Assembly (NCBI GenBank): GCA_947504725.1
Contig: CANNHN010000004.1
Span: 135,203-199,202 of the forward strand
Origin: Bacteroidota bacterium
Lineage (GTDB): Bacteria > Bacteroidota > Bacteroidia > 2-12-FULL-35-15
Direction: 5' to 3'
DNA length: 64,000 bases
Shown: piece by piece, positions 36,357 to 47,192 of the stretch
Position numbering within the stretch: position 1 is the stretch's first letter
Layout of the letters: each line of letters begins with the position of its first letter
Made by a program: the position numbers and the translations under genes
The notes under the pieces: model-generated
The model's database searches: none
Seen by the model: the letters and a program-made list of their open reading frames with translations, nothing else
Told to the model about the DNA's origin: nothing

Positions 36357-38468
36357 ATGTCGAATAATTTTTTAAATACCCCAATTGAATATCTGAAAAG
36401 TGTTGGCCCGCAAAGAGCCGATCTTTTGAAAAAGGAATTGCATATTTTCAATTATTCCAATCTCCTTACTTATTATCCTTTTCGTTACGTTGATCGTACC
36501 AAGTTTTATAAGGTAAATGAAATCAATGCCGATTTGCCTTATGTTCAACTTCGTGGAAAAATTGTGCATACTGAAATGGTAGGAGTAAAACGAGCACAAC
36601 GTTTTGTTGCAACTTTCACAGATGGAACAGGAAAACTAGAATTAGTTTGGTTTCAAGGTGCAAAATGGATTGGAGAAAAAATAAAACCACATTTAACAAA
36701 TGAATACGTTGTGTTTGGAAAACCAGCAGCTTTTGCAGGAAAGTTTAATGTTGCTCACCCAGATATAGAATTAGTTACCGAAGAAAACACCACCTTCGCT
36801 CCCGCACTGCAAGCGGTTTACCATAGTACGGATAAATTAAAGGGAAGAAGTCTGGATACTAAAGGAATTGCCCGTTTGCAAAAGGGATTGACATCTCTCA
36901 TTAAAAATAATATTCCCGAAACACTTTCTAAAACGATTATTGATCGCTATCAATTAATGTCGAGAGAAGAGGCGATGAAACAAATTCATTTTCCTCAAAA
37001 TCCTGAACTATTGAAAAAAGCAGAGTTTCGATTAAAATTTGAAGAATTATTTTTTATTCAACTCAAATTATTGAAACAAAAAGGATTAAGAGAAAAAACG
37101 TATCGAGGATTTATTTTTTCGAAAGTAGGTGATTACTTCAATGGGTTTTTCAATAATCATTTGCCTTTTGAATTAACGAATGCACAAAAGAGAGTCATCA
37201 AAGAAATACGTTTAGACATGGGAAGTGGCAAACAAATGAATCGTTTGTTACAAGGAGATGTTGGAAGTGGAAAAACGCTGGTTGCATTAATGAATATGCT
37301 GATAGCTTTAGATAATGGATTTCAGGCTTGTTTGATGGCTCCAACCGAAATATTATCTAACCAACATTTTGAAACGCTTTCGGAATTGTTAAAACCACTC
37401 GATATAAAAATTGGATTGTTGACAGGTTCTAAAAAAGTAAAAGAGCGAAGAATATTACACGAACAATTATTAAATGGAGAATTACAAATTCTAATTGGAA
37501 CGCATGCTTTGTTTGAAGATACTGTTCAGTTTAAAAATTTAGGATTGGTAGTCATTGATGAACAACATCGTTTCGGAGTAGCACAACGAGCAAAGATGTG
37601 GGCAAAAAATACCCAGCCACCGCATGTTTTGATTATGTCGGCAACACCCATTCCGCGTACATTAGCAATGACCTTGTATGGAGATTTAGATGTAAGTGTT
37701 ATTGATGAACTACCTCCCGGAAGAAAACCAATTTCGACTACTCATCGTTTTGACAATCATCGCGACAGAGTATTTGGTTTCATGAAAGAACAAATTGCTT
37801 TGGGCCGACAAATATATATTGTGTATCCATTAATCAAAGAATCCGAAAAAATGGATTTTAAAGATTTGCAAGATGGTTATGAAAGTATTGTAAGAGCATT
37901 TCCGCAGCCAAAATATCAAGTGAGCATTGTGCACGGACAATTAAAAGCAGAAGCGAAAGAATATGAAATGCAGCGGTTTGTAAAACATCAAACACAAATT
38001 ATGGTTGCAACAACTGTGATTGAAGTTGGTGTGAATGTGCCAAATGCAAGTGTAATGATTATTGAAAGTGCCGAACGTTTTGGTTTGTCACAATTACATC
38101 AGTTGCGTGGTAGAGTTGGAAGAGGAGCAGACCAATCCTATTGTATTTTGATGACGAGTCATAAATTAGGCCATGACGGAAAATTGAGGATGGAAACAAT
38201 GTGTAATACAAACGATGGTTTTGAGATTGCGGATGTGGATTTGAAGTTACGCGGTCCTGGAGATATGGCTGGAACAATGCAAAGTGGCGTTTTAGATTTG
38301 AACATTGCTGATCTAGCAAAAGATTCTCAAATATTACACACTGCCAGAAATATGGTGATTGAATTATTATCCGAAGATGCAGAATTACAAAATCCTGAGA
38401 ATGCACCAATAGCTTACCAATTTTCAATGATGAATAGCAATCGTACGAACTGGAGTAGAATATCATAG
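36357..38468 (+). CDS. recG: ATP-dependent DNA helicase RecG
   Basis: Walker A GDVGSGKT, DEQHRFG, a helicase C-terminus and a wedge-domain N-terminus. I chose the ATG at 36357 over the TTG at 36306. Confidence 0.85.
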   Translation: MSNNFLNTPIEYLKSVGPQRADLLKKELHIFNYSNLLTYYPFRYVDRTKFYKVNEINADLPYVQLRGKIVHTEMVGVKRAQRFVATFTDGTGKLELVWFQGAKWIGEKIKPHLTNEYVVFGKPAAFAGKFNVAHPDIELVTEENTTFAPALQAVYHSTDKLKGRSLDTKGIARLQKGLTSLIKNNIPETLSKTIIDRYQLMSREEAMKQIHFPQNPELLKKAEFRLKFEELFFIQLKLLKQKGLREKTYRGFIFSKVGDYFNGFFNNHLPFELTNAQKRVIKEIRLDMGSGKQMNRLLQGDVGSGKTLVALMNMLIALDNGFQACLMAPTEILSNQHFETLSELLKPLDIKIGLLTGSKKVKERRILHEQLLNGELQILIGTHALFEDTVQFKNLGLVVIDEQHRFGVAQRAKMWAKNTQPPHVLIMSATPIPRTLAMTLYGDLDVSVIDELPPGRKPISTTHRFDNHRDRVFGFMKEQIALGRQIYIVYPLIKESEKMDFKDLQDGYESIVRAFPQPKYQVSIVHGQLKAEAKEYEMQRFVKHQTQIMVATTVIEVGVNVPNASVMIIESAERFGLSQLHQLRGRVGRGADQSYCILMTSHKLGHDGKLRMETMCNTNDGFEIADVDLKLRGPGDMAGTMQSGVLDLNIADLAKDSQILHTARNMVIELLSEDAELQNPENAPIAYQFSMMNSNRTNWSRIS

Positions 38469-38537
38469 TACGAATATCGAATCAAAAACGAATTTTACGA
38501 ATCGGTGTTGATGTATTAGTTCTAATGTTATTTGTTT

Positions 38538-38560
38538 GTCATTTCGAGCGGAGTCGAGAA
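38538..38560. repeat. Solo arm of REP-like repeat subfamily B (gtcatttcgagcggagtcgagaa)
   Basis: Lies between the convergent recG and the 412-aa membrane-protein gene. Confidence 0.5.
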
Positions 38561-38578
38561 ATCTTTTTAGTTTAAGCG

Positions 38579-39817
38579 CTAATTATTAACCGGATACTCC
38601 ACCACCCAATGAAAGCCTCTGTTGAGTAGTGGGTAATTGCTTACATCTACTTTTCTAAGTTGCACGCTGCTGGAATCATTTTCAGAAAGCGTCAAGATGT
38701 TTTCTGAAAAATCATAATTCACAAGTCGCTTGTCTGATTTGTCATTATTTGATTGGAAAGAAATTGTTTTTGAAATGGTATCAACTGTTGCGGTATAATA
38801 ACTATTCAAATCTTCCCATTGAAAGAGTGTGATTTTTTTATCAAAAATAATTTTCTTTAATTTTTTGGCATCTCTACTGTTTGAACCACTGTATTCATAT
38901 ATGCCGTATAATGCTGGTGTCGGAGCGCTATCCCCATCATTTTTCATATTCTCCCAACTATAATGCATGAACAATAATGTAAACGAAACAATAACTCCTG
39001 CCTTGATAATTTTACGAAAGGATTGAATGCGTTGTGGTAAAACAACTTCAGGCTGTTGTGTTAGCTGTGTTACTTTTTGTAATATGAAAAATTGGAAAAT
39101 AGAATTGATAAAAGGATAGAGCAATAGTAAAGCATATCCAACCATGTGCGAAGCAAATAGTTTTACAGGAACATCGTAGCTGAAATTGATAACGGCTACA
39201 TTAATCATAATAATTAAAACTACCAATGCTCCTAGGGCAGTTGTTCTTCTGAATAATAATAAAAACCCAGAAAGAACCTCGGCTATTCCAATGAAAATAG
39301 TATAACTGGTTGAATATCCCATGAATGCCCACAATAAACCTTGAGGAGTCGATTCACCAAATGTTTGTTCTAGTTTTTCTAAAGAAGGAAAAGGAAAGTG
39401 AGACTTAAACATTTTATCAAATCCATATACCAACATGTAAAATCCAATGCAATAGCGGATATAAACAAATAAATAAGATTGTAATTTCTCGTAATTGTTT
39501 CTTTTTTTATCAATAAGTAATACAGCTAAAGCTGTTATAGTTGATAAAATCAGAAAGATGAAAAAACTAGCAAAATCAAATGTTGTATCTCCACTATCTG
39601 AGAATGTTAGTTTTTGGAAATTATGAATATGTAAAATGTTCTTTCCTATCCAAATTACAAATGCATCATTTACTCGTTCATAAATGTTGAAGATAAAATC
39701 AACTTGTGGAAAAGCATCAAAAGGGAAAGGGAAAATATAAAAGTAGGTGTACGACAAAATGAAAAGAAATAGAAATTTCTTTTGAGCGGACCATTGTATT
39801 GTACTGTTGTTTGACAT
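38579..39817 (-). CDS. Hypothetical polytopic membrane protein
   Basis: 412 aa with multiple TM helices and no recognisable motif. Confidence 0.4.
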   Translation of the reverse strand: MSNNSTIQWSAQKKFLFLFILSYTYFYIFPFPFDAFPQVDFIFNIYERVNDAFVIWIGKNILHIHNFQKLTFSDSGDTTFDFASFFIFLILSTITALAVLLIDKKRNNYEKLQSYLFVYIRYCIGFYMLVYGFDKMFKSHFPFPSLEKLEQTFGESTPQGLLWAFMGYSTSYTIFIGIAEVLSGFLLLFRRTTALGALVVLIIMINVAVINFSYDVPVKLFASHMVGYALLLLYPFINSIFQFFILQKVTQLTQQPEVVLPQRIQSFRKIIKAGVIVSFTLLFMHYSWENMKNDGDSAPTPALYGIYEYSGSNSRDAKKLKKIIFDKKITLFQWEDLNSYYTATVDTISKTISFQSNNDKSDKRLVNYDFSENILTLSENDSSSVQLRKVDVSNYPLLNRGFHWVVEYPVNN

Positions 39818-39949
39818 CTATTGGTAAAAGTATTTCAATTAAAATTCATTTCAAAATGTAAGTTTACTTTTCAACAAAATGCTTTAAACTGTTGAAAATA
39901 TTATAAATATTGAGGGTTTACTAACCTTATATTTGTGTAGACTAGTTTT

Positions 39950-40143
39950 TAACACATAGAAACATAGCTATTTTTTCTTGTTAAAAATATAGAGTCAAAT
40001 AAAATAATTAATCATCATAGAAAAATAAATTTTTAAACATAGAGATTGAGTTGTATAGTATAAGCTCTATGTTTGAAGCTTGCTGCAACTATGTTAAATT
40101 ACCTAAATACAAAACACTTAAAAACTATGTGTCTATGTGTTTA
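39950..40143. repeat. MITE-like element, copy 1 (TIRs aacacatagaaacatag ... ctatgtgtctatgtgtt; internal nested inverted repeat aaacatagag/ctctatgttt)
   Basis: 17-18 bp terminal inverted repeats about 175 bp apart. It shares its termini and an internal agcttcaaacatagag motif with copy 2 at 44291..44507. Confidence 0.55.
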
Positions 40144-40180
40144 AAAGCCATGTTGCATTCTTTTAATATCTAAATATCAT

Positions 40181-42442
40181 ATGTCAGAAACTCGCTTTTA
40201 TAAAAAGATAGCATTAAGCTTAAATATCAACGAAAAACAAGTTGATGCAGTTGTTGGATTGTTGGATGATGGAGCTACCATTCCGTTTATTTCCCGTTAT
40301 CGTAAGGAAATGACAGGTAGTTTGGATGAAGTACAAGTTGCGAATGTGCGTGATGAAATTGAACGTTTACGCGTTTTAGAAAAACGCAGAGAATTTATTT
40401 TAGAATCTATTGAAGGTCAAGGTAAATTGACTCCCGAATTAATTTCGTTGATACGATATGCAGAAACTGTTTCAGCATTGGAAGATATTTATTTGCCATT
40501 CAAACCAAAACGCAGAACAAAAGCAACCATTGCGCGTGAAAAAGGATTGGAACCTTTAGCGCAAATAATTTTTGAGCAAGGGAAAGTAGATTTAGAGGAA
40601 GAAGCGGCAAAGTTTATTGCTGAGGATGAATCCACAACACCGAGTGTTGCTACAATAGAAGAAGCACTTTCCGGAGCACGAGATATTGTTGCGGAGTGGA
40701 TCAACGAAAACGCAGAAGCACGAGATAAAATTCGTAATTTATTTAAACGTTCGGCAACTATAAAAAGTAAAGTCTTGAGAGGAAAAGAAGAGGCTGGAGA
40801 AAAATTCAAAGATTATTTTGATTGGGAAGAAAATTTAATGGGTTGTCCGTCTCATAGATTATTGGCTATCCGAAGAGGAGAGAGTGAAGAAATATTAAGT
40901 ATTCACATTATGCCTCCCGAGGATGAAGCGATCGATATTCTTGTGAATCAATTTGTGAAATCAAACAATGCTGCTGCTGCACAAGTGAAATTGGCATGTG
41001 ATGATGCTTACAACCGAATGATGCAAGGTTCGATTGAAACGGAAATGCGCATGATGACAAAAGAACTTGCGGATGAAAAAGCAATTCAGGTTTTTGCTGA
41101 CAATTTAAGAGAGTTGATGTTGGCTTCTCCACTTGGACAAAAAGCAATATTGGCAATTGACCCAGGATTTAGAACAGGTTGCAAAGTGGTGGTGCTTGAC
41201 AAACAAGGAAAATTATTGGATGATACAGTAATCTATCCGCACGAACAAAATAAAATATTCCAAACCAAACAATTGATTTTAGCTTGGTGCGATAAACATA
41301 AAGTTGAAGCGATTGCAATTGGAAATGGAACAGCAGGAAGAGAAACCGAAACATTTATAAGAAGCATTGAAGAACTTCCGAAAAGTATCAATGTAATTAT
41401 GGTGAACGAAAGTGGTGCATCTATTTATTCGGCATCCGATGTGGCGCGTGAAGAATTTGCTGATAAAGACATCACTGTGCGTGGAGCAGTTTCTATTGGA
41501 AGAAGATTGGCAGATCCTTTAGCAGAATTAGTAAAGATTGATGCGAAGTCGATTGGAGTGGGACAATATCAACACGATGTGGATCAATATCTTCTGAAGA
41601 AAAAATTAGATGAAGTTGTTGAGAGTTGTGTAAATAAAGTGGGAGTGGAAGTGAACACAGCCAGTAAACAATTGTTGACATACGTTTCTGGATTGGGTGG
41701 AGTATTGGCAAGAAATATTGTTGAATATAGAAATGAAAACGGTCCGTTCAAATCCAGAAAAGATATTTTGAAAGTTCCGAGAATGGGAGAGAAAGCATAC
41801 GAACAAGCTGCAGGATTCTTGCGCATTGCAAATGGAAAAAATGCCTTGGACAAAAGTGCGGTGCATCCTGAAAGCTATGTTATTGTGGAGAAAATGGCAA
41901 CGGATTTAAATTGCACCATTGAGCAATTAATGACGGAGAAAGAGTTTCGTAAACAAATTTCTTTACAAAAATATGTGACGGAAAAATTTGGTCTGCCTAC
42001 CTTGAATGATATCATGAATGAGTTGGACAAGCCAGGAAGAGATCCACGAAAATCATTTGAAGTATTTAAGTTTGACGACAGCGTGCACGAAATTGCAGAT
42101 TTAAAAGTAGGAATGAAATTGCCAGGAATAGTAACCAACGTAACCAACTTCGGAGCCTTTGTTGATATTGGCGTTCACCAAGACGGATTGGTTCACGTTT
42201 CTCAATTGTCAAACACATTTGTCTCCGACCCTAACACGGTTGTGAAAGTTCAACAGCAAGTAATGGTAACAGTAACGGAAGTAGATGCACAAAGAAAGCG
42301 AATTGCATTATCAATGAAAGACAATGTTGCCAGCGCACCTGTTTCTAAACCTGCTCAAAACAATAATAAAAAAGGAAAACCTGAACCACCTGCAAATGAT
42401 TTTGCTAGTCAGTTGGCGGCTTTGAAGGATAAGTTTAAATAG
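40181..42442 (+). CDS. tex: Transcription accessory protein Tex (YqgF/HhH/S1 domains)
   Basis: 753 aa with a C-terminal S1 domain (GMKLPGIVTNVTNFGAFVDIG) and a conserved Tex N-terminus. Confidence 0.85.
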   Translation: MSETRFYKKIALSLNINEKQVDAVVGLLDDGATIPFISRYRKEMTGSLDEVQVANVRDEIERLRVLEKRREFILESIEGQGKLTPELISLIRYAETVSALEDIYLPFKPKRRTKATIAREKGLEPLAQIIFEQGKVDLEEEAAKFIAEDESTTPSVATIEEALSGARDIVAEWINENAEARDKIRNLFKRSATIKSKVLRGKEEAGEKFKDYFDWEENLMGCPSHRLLAIRRGESEEILSIHIMPPEDEAIDILVNQFVKSNNAAAAQVKLACDDAYNRMMQGSIETEMRMMTKELADEKAIQVFADNLRELMLASPLGQKAILAIDPGFRTGCKVVVLDKQGKLLDDTVIYPHEQNKIFQTKQLILAWCDKHKVEAIAIGNGTAGRETETFIRSIEELPKSINVIMVNESGASIYSASDVAREEFADKDITVRGAVSIGRRLADPLAELVKIDAKSIGVGQYQHDVDQYLLKKKLDEVVESCVNKVGVEVNTASKQLLTYVSGLGGVLARNIVEYRNENGPFKSRKDILKVPRMGEKAYEQAAGFLRIANGKNALDKSAVHPESYVIVEKMATDLNCTIEQLMTEKEFRKQISLQKYVTEKFGLPTLNDIMNELDKPGRDPRKSFEVFKFDDSVHEIADLKVGMKLPGIVTNVTNFGAFVDIGVHQDGLVHVSQLSNTFVSDPNTVVKVQQQVMVTVTEVDAQRKRIALSMKDNVASAPVSKPAQNNNKKGKPEPPANDFASQLAALKDKFK

Positions 42443-42444
42443 TA

Positions 42445-44238
42445 TTAATCCACAATCCCCATTTTCTTCATCAAAAATGAAGCATTCATTGTAGAGCAAA
42501 CGCCTTCAGATAGTTTGTAGTCGAAATTAAGTTTATCATCTTTGATGGTGATTTCAAAACGTAAATTTCTAACTTGATTTGGGAATTGTGCAGAGAGTTT
42601 TGATAATTCCACATCGTGGGTGGCAACAATTCCAACTCCGTTTAATCGTATAATCTTTTTGATGAGTGCTTCCGAACCGGCATGTTGGTCTTTGCTGTTT
42701 GTTCCTTTTAATATTTCATCTAATAAAAAGAAAACCTGCTTCCCTTGCTCGTATTGCTCCGTTAATAAATGAAGTCGTTTTAATTCTGCATAAAAGAAAG
42801 ATTCGTTTTCTTGCAAAGAGTCATTTGTTCTAAGACTTGTAAATAAGTGTATTGGCGAAAATTTGTAACGGCTTGCACAAACCGGTGCTCCAATCATTGC
42901 AATGGTTAGGTTTACGCCTATCGTTCTCAGGAATGTGCTTTTCCCAGCCATGTTTGCACCCGTTAGTAAATCCACTTTTGGTGCGTGTGAAATGTTGTAA
43001 TTATTTTTCACTAAAACATTTTCTTGAATAAGTGGATGTCCTAAGTTTTCTGCTTCAATTCTAAAATGATTTGTTTCCACCTCCGGGAAAACATAAGAAG
43101 GATTATTATGTGCATACATTCCTAAACTAATAAATGCATCAAATTCTCCAATAGCATCCACCCATTTCATAAAATGATCTTTGTTCTTTTTTCTCCAATT
43201 TTCAATGCCACACATCACGTTAATGTCCCAAAGTAAAATTCCGTTTAGTAAAACAGCTACCACAATGTTCATGCGCGCATCCAGCTTGTCGGTTAAGCTT
43301 TTAAGCTCTTTGATGTTGTCGCTAGCGGATGTATTCTCGTTTACAAAGGCAGCTTTTAATTTGATTAAGAGATCGGATTTAAATGACTCCTTTTCAATCA
43401 AAGAAATTAACTGACGGTATTTCTCTATGGAATCAAACTTGCGACTTAAATTATCGTGAATTTTATTGATGCGTTTAGTGTACGCACCAATGATCCCAAG
43501 CTGAATAAAAAATAAAAGTGTGAACGGTGTTTCGTTGATGATTCCAATGAAATAGAGCACAATAGCGGTGATAGATAAAATTGGAAAAAGAACACAAGAG
43601 ATTTTTAAAAACAAAGTAGAGAAAGTGTTTTTCTCATTCAACCATTCTTCAATTACTTCTTTGTCTTTTGCCTGTTCTTTATTTTGAAATCCCAATGCAA
43701 TAAATTCGTGATTCCATTCAGGCTTTGCCGACAATTCTTTTATCGCTTCCTGACGAGCAACAATTGTTGCTTTATCCATAAAAGGATAAGTCAGCCATTG
43801 TGCCAGTTTTATTCTACCCGTATAAGTTGAAGTCCGGTTTAAAATTTGAAAAATAGATTTTCTCCCAAAAATATCTAAGTCGGAAATAAAGTGATGTTGT
43901 TTATCAATAAACTCTGTTCCTTCATTTATTCCATTAAAATCTTTTTTCAAAAGTTGGATTTCAATTTCATTGACTTTGATTAGATTTTTTAAAAAACTTG
44001 TTTTTCTTTTTAGCTTGAGTTCCATGCTCAATAAAAAAAGAAAAAGAACAACGGTTATTCCAGCAAACGAATACGCAAAAACAGCTTGTGTTTTATAGAA
44101 AAAAATAAAGAGAACAAGAGCTAAAAGGAATAATAGAATTCGGGAATAGAAGATCTTGTTGAATTTACTATTCTGTTCATCAATTTCCTTGTTGAACTCG
44201 GATATTCTGTTTGTGTAGTATGTTAATAAGGTATTCAT
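42445..44238 (-). CDS. MutS-family ATPase (MutS2-like, domain V only; no Smr domain seen)
   Basis: Walker A GANMAGKST and Walker B LLDEILKGTN with N-terminal TM helices. I chose the ATG at 44238 over the TTG at 44247. Confidence 0.7.
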   Translation of the reverse strand: MNTLLTYYTNRISEFNKEIDEQNSKFNKIFYSRILLFLLALVLFIFFYKTQAVFAYSFAGITVVLFLFLLSMELKLKRKTSFLKNLIKVNEIEIQLLKKDFNGINEGTEFIDKQHHFISDLDIFGRKSIFQILNRTSTYTGRIKLAQWLTYPFMDKATIVARQEAIKELSAKPEWNHEFIALGFQNKEQAKDKEVIEEWLNEKNTFSTLFLKISCVLFPILSITAIVLYFIGIINETPFTLLFFIQLGIIGAYTKRINKIHDNLSRKFDSIEKYRQLISLIEKESFKSDLLIKLKAAFVNENTSASDNIKELKSLTDKLDARMNIVVAVLLNGILLWDINVMCGIENWRKKNKDHFMKWVDAIGEFDAFISLGMYAHNNPSYVFPEVETNHFRIEAENLGHPLIQENVLVKNNYNISHAPKVDLLTGANMAGKSTFLRTIGVNLTIAMIGAPVCASRYKFSPIHLFTSLRTNDSLQENESFFYAELKRLHLLTEQYEQGKQVFFLLDEILKGTNSKDQHAGSEALIKKIIRLNGVGIVATHDVELSKLSAQFPNQVRNLRFEITIKDDKLNFDYKLSEGVCSTMNASFLMKKMGIVD

Positions 44239-44290
44239 GGGGAGCAAAGCTACGTAAATAATGTAATTGTGCTTCTATTCATGGTAATTT

Positions 44291-44507
44291 AAACACATAG
44301 ACACATAGCTTTTTTGTTTGTTCTGGCTATGGTGTTCGTTCTGTTCATTTATATTATTCGTAATGTGTTTAATTCGTTTTGTTTGACGTGTTTTTTATAG
44401 GTTGAAACAAGCTTCAAACATAGAGATATGTCTCTGTAAAAAATTTATTTTTCTATCCTTTTTCTTTTCCTTTTACATACCCAGCAAATCTATGTGTCTA
44501 TGTGTTT
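44291..44507. repeat. MITE-like element, copy 2 (TIRs aacacatagacacatag ... ctatgtgtctatgtgtt)
   Basis: Perfect 17-bp terminal inverted repeat about 200 bp apart, in the same orientation as copy 1. Confidence 0.55.
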
Positions 44508-44598
44508 AAAATGGCGTTAACATTGGCTAGCACGAGGATGCCTTTTACTACGATTTATTTCTTATTTTTGTACCTATTCAAAGGATACAAATAGAACA

Positions 44599-47043
44599 AT
44601 GAAAATATCATATAACTGGCTTAAAGAATACATTAAAACCGACTTATCACCTGATGAGCTTGGGATATTATTGACCGATTGTGGATTGGAAGTAGAGAGT
44701 ATTGAAAAATTCGAAACGGTAAAAGGCGGATTGAAGGGAATTGTAATCGGAGAAGTTAAGACCAAAGAAAAACATCCCGATGCTGATAAGTTGAATTTAA
44801 CAACGGTGGATGTTGGAACGGGAACGTTATTGAATGTTGTTTGTGGGGCAGCAAATGTGGAAGCCGGACAAAAAGTGGTGATTGCAACTATTGGGGCAAT
44901 GCTTTATCCAACAAAAGGAGAGCCGTTCGAAATCAAAAAAGCAAAAATTCGCGGAAAAGAATCTGAAGGAATGATTTGTGCGGAAGATGAAATTGGATTG
45001 GGAACGTCACACGCAGGTATTATGGTGTTGGATGCGGATGCGAAAATTGGAACGCCAGCTAATGAATTTTTTAAGATAGAAGAAGATTATACGTTCGAAA
45101 TAGGATTAACACCAAACCGAGCAGACGCAACTTCCCATGTGGGTGTTGCCCGTGATTTGGTTGCGATATTAAATGCAAAAGCCGTTGCAATGTCGCATGA
45201 ATTAACATTGCCAGATGAACGTCTTTTCAAAGTAGATGAAACAACTTCTAAAATTGAAGTAGTTGTGGAAGATGCTATTGCTTGTCCGCGTTACTCCGGA
45301 TTATCCATTTCAAATATTACTGTACAAGATTCACCAGATTGGTTAAAAAATAAATTGAAAGCAATTGGACTTCGTCCGATTAACAACATTGTGGATGCTA
45401 CCAATTATGTATTGCACGAATTGGGTCAGCCGATGCATGCTTTTGATGCTGATAAAATTAAAGGTGGGAAAGTGATTGTAAAAAAGTTAGCTGATAAAAC
45501 GAAATTCAAAACATTGGATGAAACGGAAAGGGAATTATCTTCCGAAGATTTAATGATTTGCGATAGTAAAGGCGGAATGTGTATTGCGGGAGTGTTTGGT
45601 GGAATTGAATCAGGAGTAACTGCAGAAACAAAAAATATTTTCTTAGAAAGCGCTTATTTTAATGCTTCTTCGGTAAGAAAGTCTTCTAAACGTCACGGAT
45701 TAAAAACAGATGCTTCTTTCCGTTACGAAAGAGGAGCAGATCCGAACATTACAGTGTATGCATTAAAGCATGCAGCAATGTTGATTAAAGAAATTGCAGG
45801 TGGAAAAGTTTCATCAGAGATTATTGATATTTATCCTACACCAATTGAAAATTTCAAAGTTCCGTTTTCATTTGAAAAATGTGAACAGTTGATTGGTAAA
45901 AAAATCGATTTTGAATTAGTGAAAATTATTATCACTTCCTTAGGAATTGAAATCGAACACGAAGGAAATGATGCGCTGTTGTTGTCTGTTCCGCCATTCA
46001 AGGTAGATGTTACGCGTGAACAAGATGTGATTGAAGAAGTATTGCGTATTTATGGATACAACAATGTTGAAATTCCATCGATATTAAATTCTTCTTTATC
46101 GTTTGCAGAAAAACCAGACAAAGAAAAACTTCAAAACGTGGTTTCGGAACTATTGACTAACAATGGTTTTTCGGAAATGATGTGTTTGTCGTTGACAAAA
46201 GGAGAATATGCTACAAAGCTAAGTTCATTGAGTGAAGATAGAAGTGTGGCGATGATGAATCCTTTGAGCAGTGATTTGAATGTATTGCGTCAAACATTAT
46301 TGTTCAGCGGATTAGAAACCATTGCGTATAATCAAAATCGTAAAAATGCTGATTTGAAAGTATATGAATTTGGTAAGACATACATCGCTGTTAAAGGTGA
46401 ATCAACGAAATACATTGAAACAAAACATTTATCTGTTTTTATAACTGGTCGCAAACAAGAAGAAAGCTGGAATGCTAATAACGATGGAATGAACTTTTAT
46501 ACTTTAAAAGGAATTGTAAAAAACATTATTGAGCGCTTGGGAATAAAAGATGTGAAGTTGGCTGAATTGAATTCGGACACTTTTTCACAAGGATTGGCAT
46601 TTAACTGGAACAAAAAGTTGTTGGTTGAGTTTGGAGAAGTTGCAAAACCCATTTCATCAAAATTGATGGATATTAAATTACCAGTTTATTTTGCAGATTT
46701 TAATTGGGATTTAGTTCTAGAGGCGATTAAAAAATCAGCTACAATGTATACTGAAGTCTCTAAATTTCCTGAAGTTAGAAGAGATTTGGCACTATTGATT
46801 GATCAGATGATTCAATTTGAGCAGCTGGAACAATTGGCATATCAAGCAGAGAAAAATATTTTGAAAGATGTGAATTTGTTTGATGTCTACCAAGGTGATA
46901 AATTACCAACTGGTAAAAAATCGTATGCTTTGAGTTTTATTTTACAAGATGAAAATGCAACTCTTACAGATAAACAAATTGAAAAAATTATGGAGAAGTT
47001 GATGAAGACATATCAAGAAAAGGTTGGGGCGGAAATAAGATAA
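44599..47043 (+). CDS. pheT: Phenylalanine--tRNA ligase beta subunit
   Basis: MKISYNWLKEYI N-terminus, tRNA-binding domain, and B3/4 and B5 domains. 814 aa. Confidence 0.9.
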   Translation: MKISYNWLKEYIKTDLSPDELGILLTDCGLEVESIEKFETVKGGLKGIVIGEVKTKEKHPDADKLNLTTVDVGTGTLLNVVCGAANVEAGQKVVIATIGAMLYPTKGEPFEIKKAKIRGKESEGMICAEDEIGLGTSHAGIMVLDADAKIGTPANEFFKIEEDYTFEIGLTPNRADATSHVGVARDLVAILNAKAVAMSHELTLPDERLFKVDETTSKIEVVVEDAIACPRYSGLSISNITVQDSPDWLKNKLKAIGLRPINNIVDATNYVLHELGQPMHAFDADKIKGGKVIVKKLADKTKFKTLDETERELSSEDLMICDSKGGMCIAGVFGGIESGVTAETKNIFLESAYFNASSVRKSSKRHGLKTDASFRYERGADPNITVYALKHAAMLIKEIAGGKVSSEIIDIYPTPIENFKVPFSFEKCEQLIGKKIDFELVKIIITSLGIEIEHEGNDALLLSVPPFKVDVTREQDVIEEVLRIYGYNNVEIPSILNSSLSFAEKPDKEKLQNVVSELLTNNGFSEMMCLSLTKGEYATKLSSLSEDRSVAMMNPLSSDLNVLRQTLLFSGLETIAYNQNRKNADLKVYEFGKTYIAVKGESTKYIETKHLSVFITGRKQEESWNANNDGMNFYTLKGIVKNIIERLGIKDVKLAELNSDTFSQGLAFNWNKKLLVEFGEVAKPISSKLMDIKLPVYFADFNWDLVLEAIKKSATMYTEVSKFPEVRRDLALLIDQMIQFEQLEQLAYQAEKNILKDVNLFDVYQGDKLPTGKKSYALSFILQDENATLTDKQIEKIMEKLMKTYQEKVGAEIR

Positions 47044-47112
47044 TTACACGAATACACTCTTTCGTATCGTCATCCCTGCCAAGACACGGGATCTAGAAAT
47101 TCGAATCAATAA

Positions 47113-47146
47113 AAATCCCGCTCCGTTACGGAGCGGGATTTTTATT
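47113..47146. terminator. Bidirectional rho-independent terminator (aaaaatcccgctccg ttac ggagcgggattttt)
   Basis: Perfect 11-bp GC-rich stem flanked by A/T runs, between convergent pheT and the 150-aa gene. Confidence 0.7.
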
Positions 47147-47192
47147 GCCTTTCATTCTTTAAATGGAAAAGGTGTCCGTAGGACGGATGAGG

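Noticed and set aside
36116-36599. Minus-strand ORFs of 111, 79 and 75 aa overlapping the DUF4890-like gene and the recG start
   Set aside because: They overlap better-supported plus-strand genes and the REP hairpin, and have low-complexity sequence.
42440-42447. Tex and MutS-family genes converge with only a 2-bp gap and no terminator
   Set aside because: Convergent overlap is common in compact genomes, and there is no evidence of functional linkage beyond the flanking MITE-like elements, which are reported separately.
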